A DNA stretch of 64,000 nucleotides from Planctomycetota bacterium (GTDB taxonomy: Bacteria > Planctomycetota > UBA1135 > UBA2386). This document shows, in pieces, positions 24,503 through 35,235 of the stretch (position 1 is its first letter; each line of letters starts with the position of its first letter). The notes below the pieces were generated by a model that saw only the letters and a list, made by a program, of their open reading frames with translations, ran no database searches and was not told the origin of the DNA. Made by a program: the position numbers and the translations under genes. The stretch is from positions 4,256,001 through 4,320,000 of the forward strand of contig OZ245838.1 in the NCBI GenBank assembly GCA_965228735.1, in the 5' to 3' direction.

Positions 24503-26524
24503 ATGTCGAGGACGCCGCGACTCGCCGGGCCAGGGCGCACGGGCCTGCCGAAACTCCTGGCGCTGCTGGTGATCGCCACCGCGCTGCTCGTTTGGCTGTG
24601 GCAGGGCCGCGAGCCCGAACGACCCGAGCCCGGAGCATCGACACCAACCCCACCCGCGGTGGCTACCGGCGACCCGGCCACGGCCGACGTCGATCGCACC
24701 ACCCAACGCGACCTCGTCGTCGACGCCGCGGCGACCGGCGACGGCGACGAGGCCGCCGCCGCGGGACCGACCCTGCGCGTTCGCCTGCGCGGACTCGTGC
24801 CCGCAGCGCCCTGGACGACCGAACTGAAGATCGACTTCGAGGGGCGCGACAAGAGCAAGGACATCTACGGCGACCACGAGGACCGGGTCGAAGTGGCCGC
24901 TGACGGCACGGCCGAGTTCCTGCTGCCGTCCTGGGTGACCGAGGTCACGCGCCGCAAGCTCCGCATCGACGCCGAGGATCCGAACTACCGCCCGACGCTG
25001 GTGCGGCTGCGGGACGGCGCCATCGACCTCGACGCCGAGCTCGTCATCGACGTGCAGGCGATCGGGGTGCTGACGGGGCGAGTCGTCGACATCCGGGGCG
25101 AGCCCGTCATCGCGGCGCGGGTGACCGCGTTTGCGTTCGAGGACGGTCGCCTGGCACCGGGCGAACTCGGCACGACGACGACGAGCATCGAGGGCCGCTA
25201 CCACCTCGAGGCCGCGCCCGATACGCCGCTCTCGGTCGTCGTCGTGCCGATGCGGGAAGCCCAGATCAGCGGTCGGTTCCTCACGGGTCGGCACGGCGCG
25301 ATCGCCGACCTCGGCATTCCGCGCGCCGACCTGCTACCGACGTCGGTGCGCGCGACCGCGGCGCTCGGCAGTCAGGGCAGCCTGCCGGACATCGTCGTGG
25401 GCGACGCCGCCACGGTGCGTGGCGTGGTGCAGTTCCGCGACGGGCGGCCGATCGAGAAGATCAAGATCGTCGCGATGCGCGCCGGCCGCGCGGCGGGCAG
25501 CCCGAGCAGCCGGGTCTCGCCCAACGTCGACCTCGGGGTTCGACGCGACGGCACGCTCGACATCGTTTCGACGACGTGGAGCGACGACGACGGCCGCTTC
25601 GAGTTCGCCGCGGCGCCCGGCGAACGACTCGACCTCTACCTCGCCGAGGTGCCGGGCATGTTGCTGTACCACGGCATGGACCAGGCCGTGGCGACGACGG
25701 ACCCGGCACCGACGACCGCGCGCGTCGAGCTGCCACTCCCGGTTCGGTTGCGTGCGATGCTCGCCGGCAGCCCGGCGACCAACGCAACCGTTCGCCTGCG
25801 TCACGGCGAACCCGTGGCGTGCGACGACGCCGGCGAGGTTCGGCTCGTCACGACCCAGAACGTGCGCGTGCGAGCCATCGCCGGCCGTCGTTCGTCGCCA
25901 TGGACGACGGTCACGGCGAGCCAGTCGGGAACGATCGTCCCGCTCGCACTCGACGCCGAGAAGACCGCGGTCTTCATCGAGCTCGAGGGTGAGGTCCCCA
26001 TCCGCAACGCGATCTTCCGCTGGCGCGAGGGGACCCGCGATCAACTCGAACCGCGCCAGCGCGGCGACGACTCCGGTCCGTTCTGCATCTACCTGCCACC
26101 CGGGCGGCACGAGGTCCTGATCGGGCCGGGGCCCGGCGAGCGCAATGGCCAGTTCCTGCTCCCGCAGAAGCAGACGATCGACGTCGGCACGACGGACCTG
26201 CGGCTGTCGTTCCCAGTCAAGTTCGGCGGCCGACTGCAACTTCACCTGACCGACGCGACTGGCCGCCACATCGGCGAGACGTGCCGCATTTTCGGCCCCG
26301 ACGGCCAGCAGATCAGGGGCATGCTTTCCGTCGACGTGGATGGCATTCCCCGACCGGGCCGCGCGCTCAATCGGCTCCCAGAGTCAGGACCGGCAACCTT
26401 CGGCCCCCTGCTCGCGCCGGGCGATTACGACGTGTTGCTCACGTTCGCCGGCCATCCCGACGAGCGCCGGACGGTCCGTATCCAGCCCCGCGAAGTGACT
26501 GAGCTCCACCTGCGGCTACCTTGA
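24503..26524 (+). CDS. Membrane-anchored carboxypeptidase-regulatory-like (beta-sandwich repeat) protein
   Basis: N-terminal TM; LTGRVVDIRGEPVIAARV, VRGVVQFRDGRPI, SDDDGRFEF, LAPGDYDV. Confidence 0.75.
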   Translation: MSRTPRLAGPGRTGLPKLLALLVIATALLVWLWQGREPERPEPGASTPTPPAVATGDPATADVDRTTQRDLVVDAAATGDGDEAAAAGPTLRVRLRGLVPAAPWTTELKIDFEGRDKSKDIYGDHEDRVEVAADGTAEFLLPSWVTEVTRRKLRIDAEDPNYRPTLVRLRDGAIDLDAELVIDVQAIGVLTGRVVDIRGEPVIAARVTAFAFEDGRLAPGELGTTTTSIEGRYHLEAAPDTPLSVVVVPMREAQISGRFLTGRHGAIADLGIPRADLLPTSVRATAALGSQGSLPDIVVGDAATVRGVVQFRDGRPIEKIKIVAMRAGRAAGSPSSRVSPNVDLGVRRDGTLDIVSTTWSDDDGRFEFAAAPGERLDLYLAEVPGMLLYHGMDQAVATTDPAPTTARVELPLPVRLRAMLAGSPATNATVRLRHGEPVACDDAGEVRLVTTQNVRVRAIAGRRSSPWTTVTASQSGTIVPLALDAEKTAVFIELEGEVPIRNAIFRWREGTRDQLEPRQRGDDSGPFCIYLPPGRHEVLIGPGPGERNGQFLLPQKQTIDVGTTDLRLSFPVKFGGRLQLHLTDATGRHIGETCRIFGPDGQQIRGMLSVDVDGIPRPGRALNRLPESGPATFGPLLAPGDYDVLLTFAGHPDERRTVRIQPREVTELHLRLP

Positions 26525-26555
26525 TTCCGCCCGCCCAGGTATCATGTTTCGCCCC

Positions 26556-26987
26556 ATGGCGCTCCTCCGCCTGACTACCTGCCTCCTGCTCGCCGCGATG
26601 GTCCCGCCTTCGGAACAGGACCCGAACGCCCAGGACCCCATCAAGGCCGCGTTCACCGAGCTCGCCGGCTTCGACTACACGGAGGGCATGACCCTGCCCG
26701 CCGAGGTCACGAAGCTCGACGAGAAGGTCGTCACGATCAACGGCTTCATGCGGCGCGAGTTCCCCGGCGTCGGACCGGTCAACTCGTTCTTGCTGATCAA
26801 CGACGCGTGCGGGTGCGATGGCACGCCGATGATCCACGAGATCGTGTTCTGCATGCTGCCCGACGGCGTGACGATGGACATCAAGCCCGGCGTCGTCGAG
26901 GTCACGGGCAAGCTCTACGTCGGCGAGGAGAAAGAGGACGGCGTCGTGATCATGCTCTATCAGATGGACGCGGACACGGTGAAGTGA
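26556..26987 (+). CDS. DUF3299-like exported protein
   Basis: KLDEKVVTINGFM...FLL...CGC...VEVTGKL...LYQM. Start could alternatively be 26544. Confidence 0.7.
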   Translation: MALLRLTTCLLLAAMVPPSEQDPNAQDPIKAAFTELAGFDYTEGMTLPAEVTKLDEKVVTINGFMRREFPGVGPVNSFLLINDACGCDGTPMIHEIVFCMLPDGVTMDIKPGVVEVTGKLYVGEEKEDGVVIMLYQMDADTVK

Positions 26988-26991
26988 CGCC

Positions 26992-28158
26992 GTGAAGGCC
27001 GTCTACCTCCTGCTCTTCCTCGCCCTGTCCGCGCCGCTCCTCGCCCTGCTCCCCGTCGGGCAGGATCCGAAGGGCGAAACCGACTGGCCAGCCGCCGTCG
27101 AGAAGGCCACGAGCGCGCGCCGCTACATGCTGCGCGTCGCCGCCGCGCGCAAGATCGCAGCCGGCGGTGCCGCGGCCGTGCCCGCGGTCGACGCCTACGT
27201 CGAGGAGAACGGCCTCAACGCGCTGCCCGCGGCGATCGTCGACATGATCGCCAAGCAGAGGACGACCGAGCCCGCGGTCATCGATCAGCTGCTGCGCTGG
27301 GCCACGACGCGCGACTTCTACTGGCGGCCCGCCGCGATGCTCGCGCTCGCGCGCCGCGCGCCGCTGATCCCGGAGAAGAAGGCCGAACTCGTGGAGCTGT
27401 TCATGCAGCACCGTGACGATCCGGCGTGGCGCGTCGCGGCGAACGCCCGCTTTGGCCTGCGTCTGCTCGACGCCGGCGACAGTTCACCGCGCGCAGGCGA
27501 CGACCCGCGCCTCGCGGCCGAGGTCGCCGGGCTGCTGCTGCAGGAGGGCGAGACGCCGGATCTGCAGCCGCTCGTGGACGCGCTGGCCGACGAACGCACG
27601 TTCCTCGACGTGCCGTGGGGCAGACAATCGGCGTCGGGCGTCGCCCAGGCGCTGCGCCGCGCTCTGGGCGACGCGCATCCAGAAGCGATGGCGGACAAGA
27701 GCGCGGCGATCGCGGCCGTGCGCGCGGCCCTGACCGAGAAGTTCGGCCAGGAGCTGACCCAGCCCGCGATCCAGTCGGACCCCGCGATCGAGTTCACCGG
27801 CGGTATCGAGGCGCTGTCGTGCAAGAGCGGCGACGTCTACCTCCAATGGACGAGCGACGGCCGCCTCTTCGCCGGCGTGGACGCGCGCTTCCTGGTGCAG
27901 CTGCCGGCCCCGATCTGGGACGAACTGTCGAAGGCGCGAACAGAGCTGCCGCTCGACAAGAGCCTCGGTGTCGTGATCTGCGACGCTCTGCGTCTCAAGT
28001 GGGCGCAACCCGAGGTGCACGCGCGCTACGCGCCGGAGTCACTCCCGGCCCCGGCGGCGGATTGGCTTCTCGCCCTGGCGTCGGCGCTCGCGAATGCCGA
28101 TAAGAACGACCTCGCCGCGGCGCTCCGGTCCGCCGTCGAGCAGTTCCGCGTGCGCTGA
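26992..28158 (+). CDS. Exported helical (HEAT-like) hypothetical protein
   Basis: Signal peptide; DDPAWRVAANARFGL; co-oriented with its neighbours over short gaps. Confidence 0.7.
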   Translation: MKAVYLLLFLALSAPLLALLPVGQDPKGETDWPAAVEKATSARRYMLRVAAARKIAAGGAAAVPAVDAYVEENGLNALPAAIVDMIAKQRTTEPAVIDQLLRWATTRDFYWRPAAMLALARRAPLIPEKKAELVELFMQHRDDPAWRVAANARFGLRLLDAGDSSPRAGDDPRLAAEVAGLLLQEGETPDLQPLVDALADERTFLDVPWGRQSASGVAQALRRALGDAHPEAMADKSAAIAAVRAALTEKFGQELTQPAIQSDPAIEFTGGIEALSCKSGDVYLQWTSDGRLFAGVDARFLVQLPAPIWDELSKARTELPLDKSLGVVICDALRLKWAQPEVHARYAPESLPAPAADWLLALASALANADKNDLAAALRSAVEQFRVR

Positions 28159-28179
28159 CCGGACGACCCGTTTCAACCG

Positions 28180-31100
28180 ATGTGTGGCATCATCGCCGTA
28201 TTGCGTCGCCAGAGCCGGCGCACCCCTCCGACGACCGCCGCGCTGCTGGCCCGCGTCACCGCTGCGGAATCCGCGCTCGGCGCCGATGAGCCGACCACCG
28301 CCGCGCTCGCCGGCGCAGCGACCGAGCTCACGGCACTCGACGCCAGCCTCAAGGGCACGCCCGGCCTGATCACGCTGCTCGCGGAGCCGACGACGGCCGG
28401 CGAACTGCACGACCGACTCACCGTGCTGCAAGCCCGGGTCCGCGACCACGAGAGCGCGCTCGACGAGCGCGGCACCGTCGGCGGCGATGACCAGGGGATC
28501 GAGGAGCACAACGCCGCGCTCGTTGCTCTCAAGGACGCGGTGTGGGCCGTGCTGCGCGACCGGCTGCGCCACAAGGATGCCGTCCGTGAGCTCGCGGGCG
28601 GCGGCGAACTGCGCGACCCGACGACCGTCGCCGCGTTCTCCGGGATCGAGATCGCGTTGGCCGCGCTCGATCGACTCGAGGTGCGCGGCCGCGACTCCGC
28701 GGGCGTCTCGATCGTGGTCTCGGGCATCGACGTGACGGCGGCACCGCTCACGGCATTGCTCGAGAAGCGCGACCACGACCCGTTGCTGCAGAACGGTGCG
28801 GTCCGCGTCGCCGACGGCTGTCTCGACTTCGTCTACAAGTACGCGGCGGAGATCGGCGAGCTCGGCGACAACGTCGCGGCGCTGCGACGTTCGATCCAAG
28901 GCGACGCTCTGCTGCAGGCCGCGCTGCGCGCCGGTGGCGAAGTGCTCGTGCTCGGCCACACGCGTTGGGCCAGCGTCGGCATCATCAGCGAACCGAACGC
29001 GCACCCGCTCAACCACGAGGAGACCGGCGAACAGGACGAGAAGGCACCCTACGTCCTCGGCGCTCTGAACGGCGACGTCGACAACCACCTGGAGCTCGTC
29101 GAACGGCACGGGTTGCAGCTCGACCCCGCGATCACGACCGACGCGAAGGTGATCCCCGCGCTCGTCTCGCGCGAGCTCACGAAGGGCACGGACTTCGCCG
29201 AGGCGTTCCGGCGCACGGTCGCGTCGTTCGAGGGCTCGGTCGCCATCGGCGCGGCCGGCACCGCCGACCCCAACCAGCTGGCGCTGGCGCTGCGCGGCTC
29301 CGGGCAGGCGCTCTACGTCGGGCTCGCGGAGGACACGTTCGTCGTCGCGAGCGAGCCCTACGGCGTGATCGAGGAGTGCGAGCGCTACCTGCGGATGGAC
29401 GGCGAGACGCCAGGCAACCCGGGCAACCCGTCGGCCTCGCGCGGCCAGGTCGTGACGCTCGCGCGCAGCGGCGCCGGCGAGATCTCGGGCATCACGCGGC
29501 AGGCCTATGACGGGACCGCGCTGCCCGTCGCCGAGACCGACCTGACGACCGCCACCGTCACGACCCGCGACATCGACCGCGCCGACCACGCGCACTTCCT
29601 GAGCAAGGAGATCCACGAGTCCCCGGACTCGTTCAAGAAGACCCTGCGCGGGCGGATCGTTCGAGTCGGTGAACGGCTGCGCGTCGCGCTCCCGGCCAGG
29701 TCGCTGCCACGGGCGGCGACCGACCTCATGCAGTCGGGCTGCCGGCGTGTGCTCGTCATCGGCCAGGGCACGGCCGCCGTCGCGGGCCAGGCCGTCGCGG
29801 CGTCGATCGCCGACGAACTCCGCGGGAGCGGCATCGGGGTGCAGGCGCTGCCCGCGACCGAACTCAGCGGCTTCGGGCTCGACGACGACATGGCGGACAC
29901 GCTGATCGTCGCGATCTCGCAGTCGGGCACGACGACGGACACCAACCGCACGGTGGATCTCGTGCGCGCGCGCGGCGCGACCGTGCTCGCCATCGTCAAC
30001 CGCCGCGGCAGCGACCTCTGCGACAAGGCCGACGGTGTGCTCTACACGAGCGACGGCCGCGACATCGAGATGAGCGTCGCGAGCACCAAGGCGTTCTACG
30101 CCCAGTGCGCCGCGGGCCAGCTGCTGGCACTCGCGCTCGCCCGAGCGGCGGGCCGCGCCGACGACGCGCGCGAGCACGAACTGCTCGAAGCATTGATCGC
30201 GCTGCCGACCGCGATGCGGCTGGTCCTCGACGAGAACGATGCGATCACCGAGGTCGCGCGCCGCGTCGCGCCGCCGCGGCGCTACTGGGCCCTCGTCGGC
30301 AACGGCAAGAACCGCGTCGCGGCCGCCGAGATCCGCATCAAGCTCAGCGAACTCTGCTACAAGTCGATCGCCTGCGACGCGACCGAGGACAAGAAGCACA
30401 TCGACCTGTCGTCCGAGCCGATGATCCTCGTGTGCGCCGCCGGCCTCACGGGCTCGACGGCCAACGACGTGAGCAAGGAAGTCGCGATCTACAGCGCGCA
30501 CAAGGCGTGCCCCGTCGTGATCACGACCGCCGGCGAAACCCGCTTCACCGCGGCAGCGGCCGCGACGATCACCGTGCCGCAGGTGCATCCGGCACTGGCC
30601 TACGTGCTGTCGACGATGGCCGGCCACCTGTTCGGCTACCGCGCCGCACTCGCGATCGACGAGCTCGCGCTGCCGCTGCGGCGGATGCGCGTCGCGATCG
30701 AGAACGAGTTCGGGAGTGGCGATGCGAGCAGCGCGGCCGGCAACGCGCTCGATCGCGTGCACGACGCGCTGCGCCCGCAGTGGCTCGAGTTCAAGAAGGA
30801 CCTGCAGCTCGGCCGCTACGACGGCACGCTCGAAGCGCGCACGGCGACGCGACTGAACTCGCTGCTCAACTACACGCTCGGCCTCGTGCCGCTCGACGTC
30901 TATGCCGTCGAGTTCGGCGAGGCCGGCACGCCCGGCAAGGTGCTCGACGCGCTCACCGACGCGTTGACGCAGGCGATCGACGAGCTCACGCGCCCCGTCG
31001 ACGCGATCAAGCACCAGGCCAAGACCGTGACGGTCGGCATCTCACGCGCGGACGAAGCGCTGCTCACGCTGCCGCTCGTGCGCGCCGTTCTCGAAGCGGG

Positions 31101-31641
31101 CGCCGGCCGCGATCACCTCGGCTACCGCGACCTGCGGGCGCTCGCCGGCCTCGACCCGGCCGTCGTCGAGGTGCTCGGGAGCACGCGCTACCGCATCGAC
31201 GGTGACCTCGACGGCGAGGGTGCGGCGCCGCAGATCCACGTGATCGACCAGCGCGGCGCGGCCAAGAGCCTGCGGTCGCGCACGTCGAGCAACCCGACGC
31301 TCAAGGGCACCAAGCACCTCGTCGCGATGGAGCGCCAGTGCATGGTGGCCAAGGGCCGCAGCGACGAGCGCACCGTCATCCTCGTGCCCGAGGTCGAACA
31401 GAACCGAACGGTCGGCCTCACGCTGCTGCACGTGAAGTTCGAGGACCACATGCCGAGCAGCGCGCTCCGCTCCGTGCTGTCGACCTACCGCAACCGTTAC
31501 AACGCGCTCGCCGACGCGGTGACCGAGACCGAGCCCGAGTTCGACACGACGCTGCTCGAAGCGATGCCGGTCGTCGATCTGTTGTGCGAGCCGATCTACT
31601 CGCTCGCGGACCGCTGGCGCCAGGGCACGCTGAAGTCCTGA
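28180..31641 (+). CDS. glmS: Enlarged GlmS-like glutamine amidotransferase / SIS-domain protein
   Basis: MCGII, RLEVRGRDSAG, GHTRWAS, NAHP, SQSGTTTDT, VASTKAF, KLSEL, AKTVTV; 1153 aa, about twice the usual length. Confidence 0.8.
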   Translation: MCGIIAVLRRQSRRTPPTTAALLARVTAAESALGADEPTTAALAGAATELTALDASLKGTPGLITLLAEPTTAGELHDRLTVLQARVRDHESALDERGTVGGDDQGIEEHNAALVALKDAVWAVLRDRLRHKDAVRELAGGGELRDPTTVAAFSGIEIALAALDRLEVRGRDSAGVSIVVSGIDVTAAPLTALLEKRDHDPLLQNGAVRVADGCLDFVYKYAAEIGELGDNVAALRRSIQGDALLQAALRAGGEVLVLGHTRWASVGIISEPNAHPLNHEETGEQDEKAPYVLGALNGDVDNHLELVERHGLQLDPAITTDAKVIPALVSRELTKGTDFAEAFRRTVASFEGSVAIGAAGTADPNQLALALRGSGQALYVGLAEDTFVVASEPYGVIEECERYLRMDGETPGNPGNPSASRGQVVTLARSGAGEISGITRQAYDGTALPVAETDLTTATVTTRDIDRADHAHFLSKEIHESPDSFKKTLRGRIVRVGERLRVALPARSLPRAATDLMQSGCRRVLVIGQGTAAVAGQAVAASIADELRGSGIGVQALPATELSGFGLDDDMADTLIVAISQSGTTTDTNRTVDLVRARGATVLAIVNRRGSDLCDKADGVLYTSDGRDIEMSVASTKAFYAQCAAGQLLALALARAAGRADDAREHELLEALIALPTAMRLVLDENDAITEVARRVAPPRRYWALVGNGKNRVAAAEIRIKLSELCYKSIACDATEDKKHIDLSSEPMILVCAAGLTGSTANDVSKEVAIYSAHKACPVVITTAGETRFTAAAAATITVPQVHPALAYVLSTMAGHLFGYRAALAIDELALPLRRMRVAIENEFGSGDASSAAGNALDRVHDALRPQWLEFKKDLQLGRYDGTLEARTATRLNSLLNYTLGLVPLDVYAVEFGEAGTPGKVLDALTDALTQAIDELTRPVDAIKHQAKTVTVGISRADEALLTLPLVRAVLEAGAGRDHLGYRDLRALAGLDPAVVEVLGSTRYRIDGDLDGEGAAPQIHVIDQRGAAKSLRSRTSSNPTLKGTKHLVAMERQCMVAKGRSDERTVILVPEVEQNRTVGLTLLHVKFEDHMPSSALRSVLSTYRNRYNALADAVTETEPEFDTTLLEAMPVVDLLCEPIYSLADRWRQGTLKS

Positions 31642-31668
31642 CCTCGGCCGCAGCTCGTGTTCTGGTTT

Positions 31669-33825
31669 TCAGTTCCCGAGCGTGATCTTCAACCCACGTG
31701 AGAACGTGACCCCGGCCAACGCCGTCGCATCGAGCGCGGCGGTCTGGAAGTACAACTCGAGGCCATGAAAGATCTGCGCCGCGGGCAATGGCAGCGGGGC
31801 AGTTGCGATGCCGGCGGGCGAGGTTCCGAGCAGGATCACGGCCTGCCCGGGCTGCACGAGCTGTGTGCAACCGGCGACCGGCAGGTTCGCCGGGCCGACC
31901 GCGCCGAGCAGGGCGACGAACGCTCCCGGTGAGGCCCCCACGACCTCGACCGCCGCGCTCGAGCTCAGGCTCGGCCAGCGATCGACGGTCAGGTCCGGCG
32001 AGTTCGCGGTGCACGCGACGCCGAAGTGTTCGACCGCGGGCTGCCCGTCACCCATCGAGTACACGTTGCGGTCGTCGACGAGGTACACGCCCCGAAGCCA
32101 TGCATTGCCGACCAGCGACATGGGCCGGACCGTCTTCTGCGGCGGGTCAGGCACGGTACGGGCCTGCCAGTTCTGACCGTCAAACTCCCAGATCCGTCCG
32201 GAGAACAACGAGAACGACTCCACCATCAGCGTGATGACGTTGCGCGAACCGTCGTACGCCATCGAACCACGCCCGGCCGTCGGGTAGTTCGCGGTCAGGA
32301 CCTGGCTCCAGTTCACGCCATCCCACTCCCAGGTATCGAGCAGCCAGTTCCCAGCCGCCCCGCGACCACCGTGCATCACCACCCGCTGGCGACCGAGGTC
32401 GTAGGCCATCGCGCAGTCGACCCGCGCCGGGGGCGAGGTCGCCGGGGCGCGCTGTACCCAGTTGCCGGCGCTGAACGACCAGGTGGTGTTCGACACCGGC
32501 GACGTCGTCGTGCCACCGAACATCACGAGCTCGCTGTTGGCCCAGTCGAACGTCATCCCCATGCCGTCCGACACCGGCCCCGGCGCGGTCGACAGCTGCG
32601 ACCACACCGCCCCGTCGAAGCGCCAGAGGTCGGTGTGCTGCGTGGTCTGCGACGAGCCGCCGTAGACGTAGGCGTACTGCGGCCCGGTCGCAGTCGCGGC
32701 GCCCCCCCGTCGTGGCGGCACCGGTCCAGGCACCGCGTTCCAGCCCTGACCGTCGAAGAACCAGGACTCCGGCGCCGACGGGCCGTAGCCGTCGATGAGC
32801 ACGATGCCACCACCTGGCCCCGCGGCAACGGCTGCGTTGTAGAGACTCTCGGGATGCGCCGGCCCGGACACGAGCTGCCACCGCGTGCCGTTCCAGGACC
32901 AGGTATCGCGAGAGTACTCCCCGGGGTTCGCACCGGCGCCGCCTGCGAGCAGACACTCCAACCGACCGTCATCGAACGTGAATGACGCGCCGGAACGGGC
33001 CGGCGGCGAGGCCGCAGGGTTGGTCGAAATCCAACTCAGACCGTCGTACTCCCACGTATCGACCAAGCCGGTGAAGCCGAACGAGTCACCGCTGAATATC
33101 ACGACGCGCCCACGCAACCGATCGAACGTCATGGCCGCGAACCGGCGTCCCGGCGGTCGCGTCGCGACGTTGATCGGGATCCAGCCCGATCCGTCCCACT
33201 CCCAGGTGTCGTCGAACAGCGTGAAGAACGCGCTGCCGCCGAACAGCACGACCCGCGCTCGCGCCGCGTCGTAGACCATCGTGGCGCCAACCCGGGCGGA
33301 GGGCGCTGTCGCCGTCGTGCGCTGCGACCACGTCATGCCATCGAACGCCCAGGTGTCGGACAGCAAACCCCACGGCGAGCTCGCGTAGCCGCCGAAGAGC
33401 ACGAGTTCGCCCCGCACTTCGTCGAACGTCGTGGCGAACATGATCCGATTCAACGGCCCCGTCGGAGCGGTCAGCGATCGCCACTCGACGCCGTCGAAGG
33501 CGGCGAGGTCGATCGGACCGACGACGTACTCCGACGGCGAGTGGATCATCAGGGTTCGCCCCGTTCGGCCGTCGAAGACCGCGGTGGTCGTGCTCGTCGG
33601 CGTGAGCGGCAGCCTCGGCAGCGCGCGCTGGCGCCACGATGCGCCGTCGAGCTCGAGGGTCTCGCCGTAGGCGCCGATCGCGACGTGCCGTTGCCGAACC
33701 GGATCGAAGACCGCGGCCTTGATCTCGGGCTGATCGACCGTGCGCACCTGCTGGGCAACCGCGGACGCGGCCATTGCCGGACAGAGCACCAGAAACAGGC
33801 GAACAACGGCTTCGGCCCTCGGCAT
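31669..33825 (-). CDS. Secreted Kelch-repeat beta-propeller protein with shared C-terminal domain
   Basis: Many repeats of P.AR....M.YD..R.RVVLFGG......DTWEWDG..W. Confidence 0.9.
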   Translation of the reverse strand: MPRAEAVVRLFLVLCPAMAASAVAQQVRTVDQPEIKAAVFDPVRQRHVAIGAYGETLELDGASWRQRALPRLPLTPTSTTTAVFDGRTGRTLMIHSPSEYVVGPIDLAAFDGVEWRSLTAPTGPLNRIMFATTFDEVRGELVLFGGYASSPWGLLSDTWAFDGMTWSQRTTATAPSARVGATMVYDAARARVVLFGGSAFFTLFDDTWEWDGSGWIPINVATRPPGRRFAAMTFDRLRGRVVIFSGDSFGFTGLVDTWEYDGLSWISTNPAASPPARSGASFTFDDGRLECLLAGGAGANPGEYSRDTWSWNGTRWQLVSGPAHPESLYNAAVAAGPGGGIVLIDGYGPSAPESWFFDGQGWNAVPGPVPPRRGGAATATGPQYAYVYGGSSQTTQHTDLWRFDGAVWSQLSTAPGPVSDGMGMTFDWANSELVMFGGTTTSPVSNTTWSFSAGNWVQRAPATSPPARVDCAMAYDLGRQRVVMHGGRGAAGNWLLDTWEWDGVNWSQVLTANYPTAGRGSMAYDGSRNVITLMVESFSLFSGRIWEFDGQNWQARTVPDPPQKTVRPMSLVGNAWLRGVYLVDDRNVYSMGDGQPAVEHFGVACTANSPDLTVDRWPSLSSSAAVEVVGASPGAFVALLGAVGPANLPVAGCTQLVQPGQAVILLGTSPAGIATAPLPLPAAQIFHGLELYFQTAALDATALAGVTFSRGLKITLGN

Positions 33826-33865
33826 TCCCCCATGCTACCGGCAACCCGAAGCGGCCGCCGGCGCC

Positions 33866-34017
33866 TCGGTCGCGCTGGAACAGGATCCGGTTCTTCTCGT
33901 CCGCCACGACCCGCTGTCGCGCTCGGCCTTGCTGATGAGGACGTCGCGCAGCATCACCCCGTGCTCCTGCGGTTGGTGCCCGCGGCGAAGCCCGCGATGC
34001 CGGCCCCGCCGCGCGCG
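33866..34017 (-). pseudogene. Decayed duplicate of the 3' end of the UshA-like gene
   Basis: Aligns to 35236-35389 with about 7 substitutions and two 1-nt deletions; stop TGA changed to CGA. Confidence 0.9.
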
Positions 34018-34087
34018 GATCGTCCATCGATCGAACTCGTCGCCGCGGCCGGCACACCGGACTTCGAATCGGCGATATCATCGCGCC

Positions 34088-35185
34088 ATGCGACCAATCG
34101 CGCTCCTGTTCCCGCTCGCAATGACTACGGCCACGATCGCCCAGACATTCATCGTCGACGCGAATAACGGCCTGGGCACGAGCTTCACGTCGCTGGCGGC
34201 GGCGGCCGCCGCGGTGCCCGATGGAGCCATCCTGCTCGTCCGGCCGGGAAACTACGTTGACTTCGTCGTCGACGGCAAGGGGTTGCGCATCCTCGCGGAC
34301 CCCGGCGCGCTGGTCGTGAGCCACCAGGGCTCGAGCATCCGCAACGTGCCGGCCGGCAAGAGCGTTGTCGTGCGCGGTCTCGAGTGGGCGCAGGCAACCC
34401 CTGGCTCGAGCGCGAAGCTACGCTGTTTCGCGTGCGCGGGTCAGATCCTCATCGAGGGTCTGAGCATGCCGGCAGTCGGATTCGTCGCCTTCATTCGCGC
34501 GACCGCCTGCGAGCAGGTCACGATCCGAGACGTCCGCAACCTCGGCGGCAACACCTATCTCGACCTCACGCAGAGTCACGCCGTCGTCGAGAACTGCGGC
34601 TTCGGCGGCTTCTCGGCGCGATCCGCGATCATCCAGAACGGCGGCAGCCTGCAGGTCACGGACAGCGACCTCGCCACCGCGCTGCCGTCCTCGCCACCGA
34701 ACGGTGGTGTCGAGATGCACGGCGGCGAGCTGCGGCTGCTGGGCGCGACCGCAGTGACTGCGTTCGGCGGCGTCGGCGTCGCGGGCACAGCTGGCACGGC
34801 GCGCGTCGATCCGACGGTGACGCTGCCGGCACCCGCATTCGCCCCTGCCATCCAGGGCTCGATCACGACGATGCCGGCGCTGTCGACGTCGTTCGACGGC
34901 ACGACCGCGATCGCGGAGCTCACCGGGGAGGCCGGCGCGTTCGCCGCGATCGCCATCGGGCTGCCCGGCCCTCGCACGGTGCTGCCCGGCATCGCGGATC
35001 CGCTGTGGCTCGATTCCGGCTCGCTCGCGTTCCTCGCTTTCGGCACGCTCGGGCCGACCCCGCTGACTCGCACCCTGCCGTGGTCGGGCGCCATGGTGCC
35101 GGGCTCGCGCACCGTCTGGCAAGGCGCCAGCCTCGGAGCCTCCGGGCTGCAGCTCAGCAACCCGTCGGTCTTGATTCTGCCCTGA
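34088..35185 (+). CDS. Secreted beta-helix-like protein with shared C-terminal domain
   Basis: Signal ...ATIAQ, then TFIVDANNG.GTSFTSL.AA.AAVPDG.ILLVRPGNY, a typical beta-helix N-cap. Confidence 0.8.
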   Translation: MRPIALLFPLAMTTATIAQTFIVDANNGLGTSFTSLAAAAAAVPDGAILLVRPGNYVDFVVDGKGLRILADPGALVVSHQGSSIRNVPAGKSVVVRGLEWAQATPGSSAKLRCFACAGQILIEGLSMPAVGFVAFIRATACEQVTIRDVRNLGGNTYLDLTQSHAVVENCGFGGFSARSAIIQNGGSLQVTDSDLATALPSSPPNGGVEMHGGELRLLGATAVTAFGGVGVAGTAGTARVDPTVTLPAPAFAPAIQGSITTMPALSTSFDGTTAIAELTGEAGAFAAIAIGLPGPRTVLPGIADPLWLDSGSLAFLAFGTLGPTPLTRTLPWSGAMVPGSRTVWQGASLGASGLQLSNPSVLILP

Positions 35186-35235
35186 GCGCGGCTCGCCCCT
35201 GGATTCGCCGGATCACGGCGCGCGTGCGCGGGCAG

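Noticed and set aside
28039..31014. 991-aa minus-strand ORF
   Set aside because: Shadow of the GlmS-like gene.
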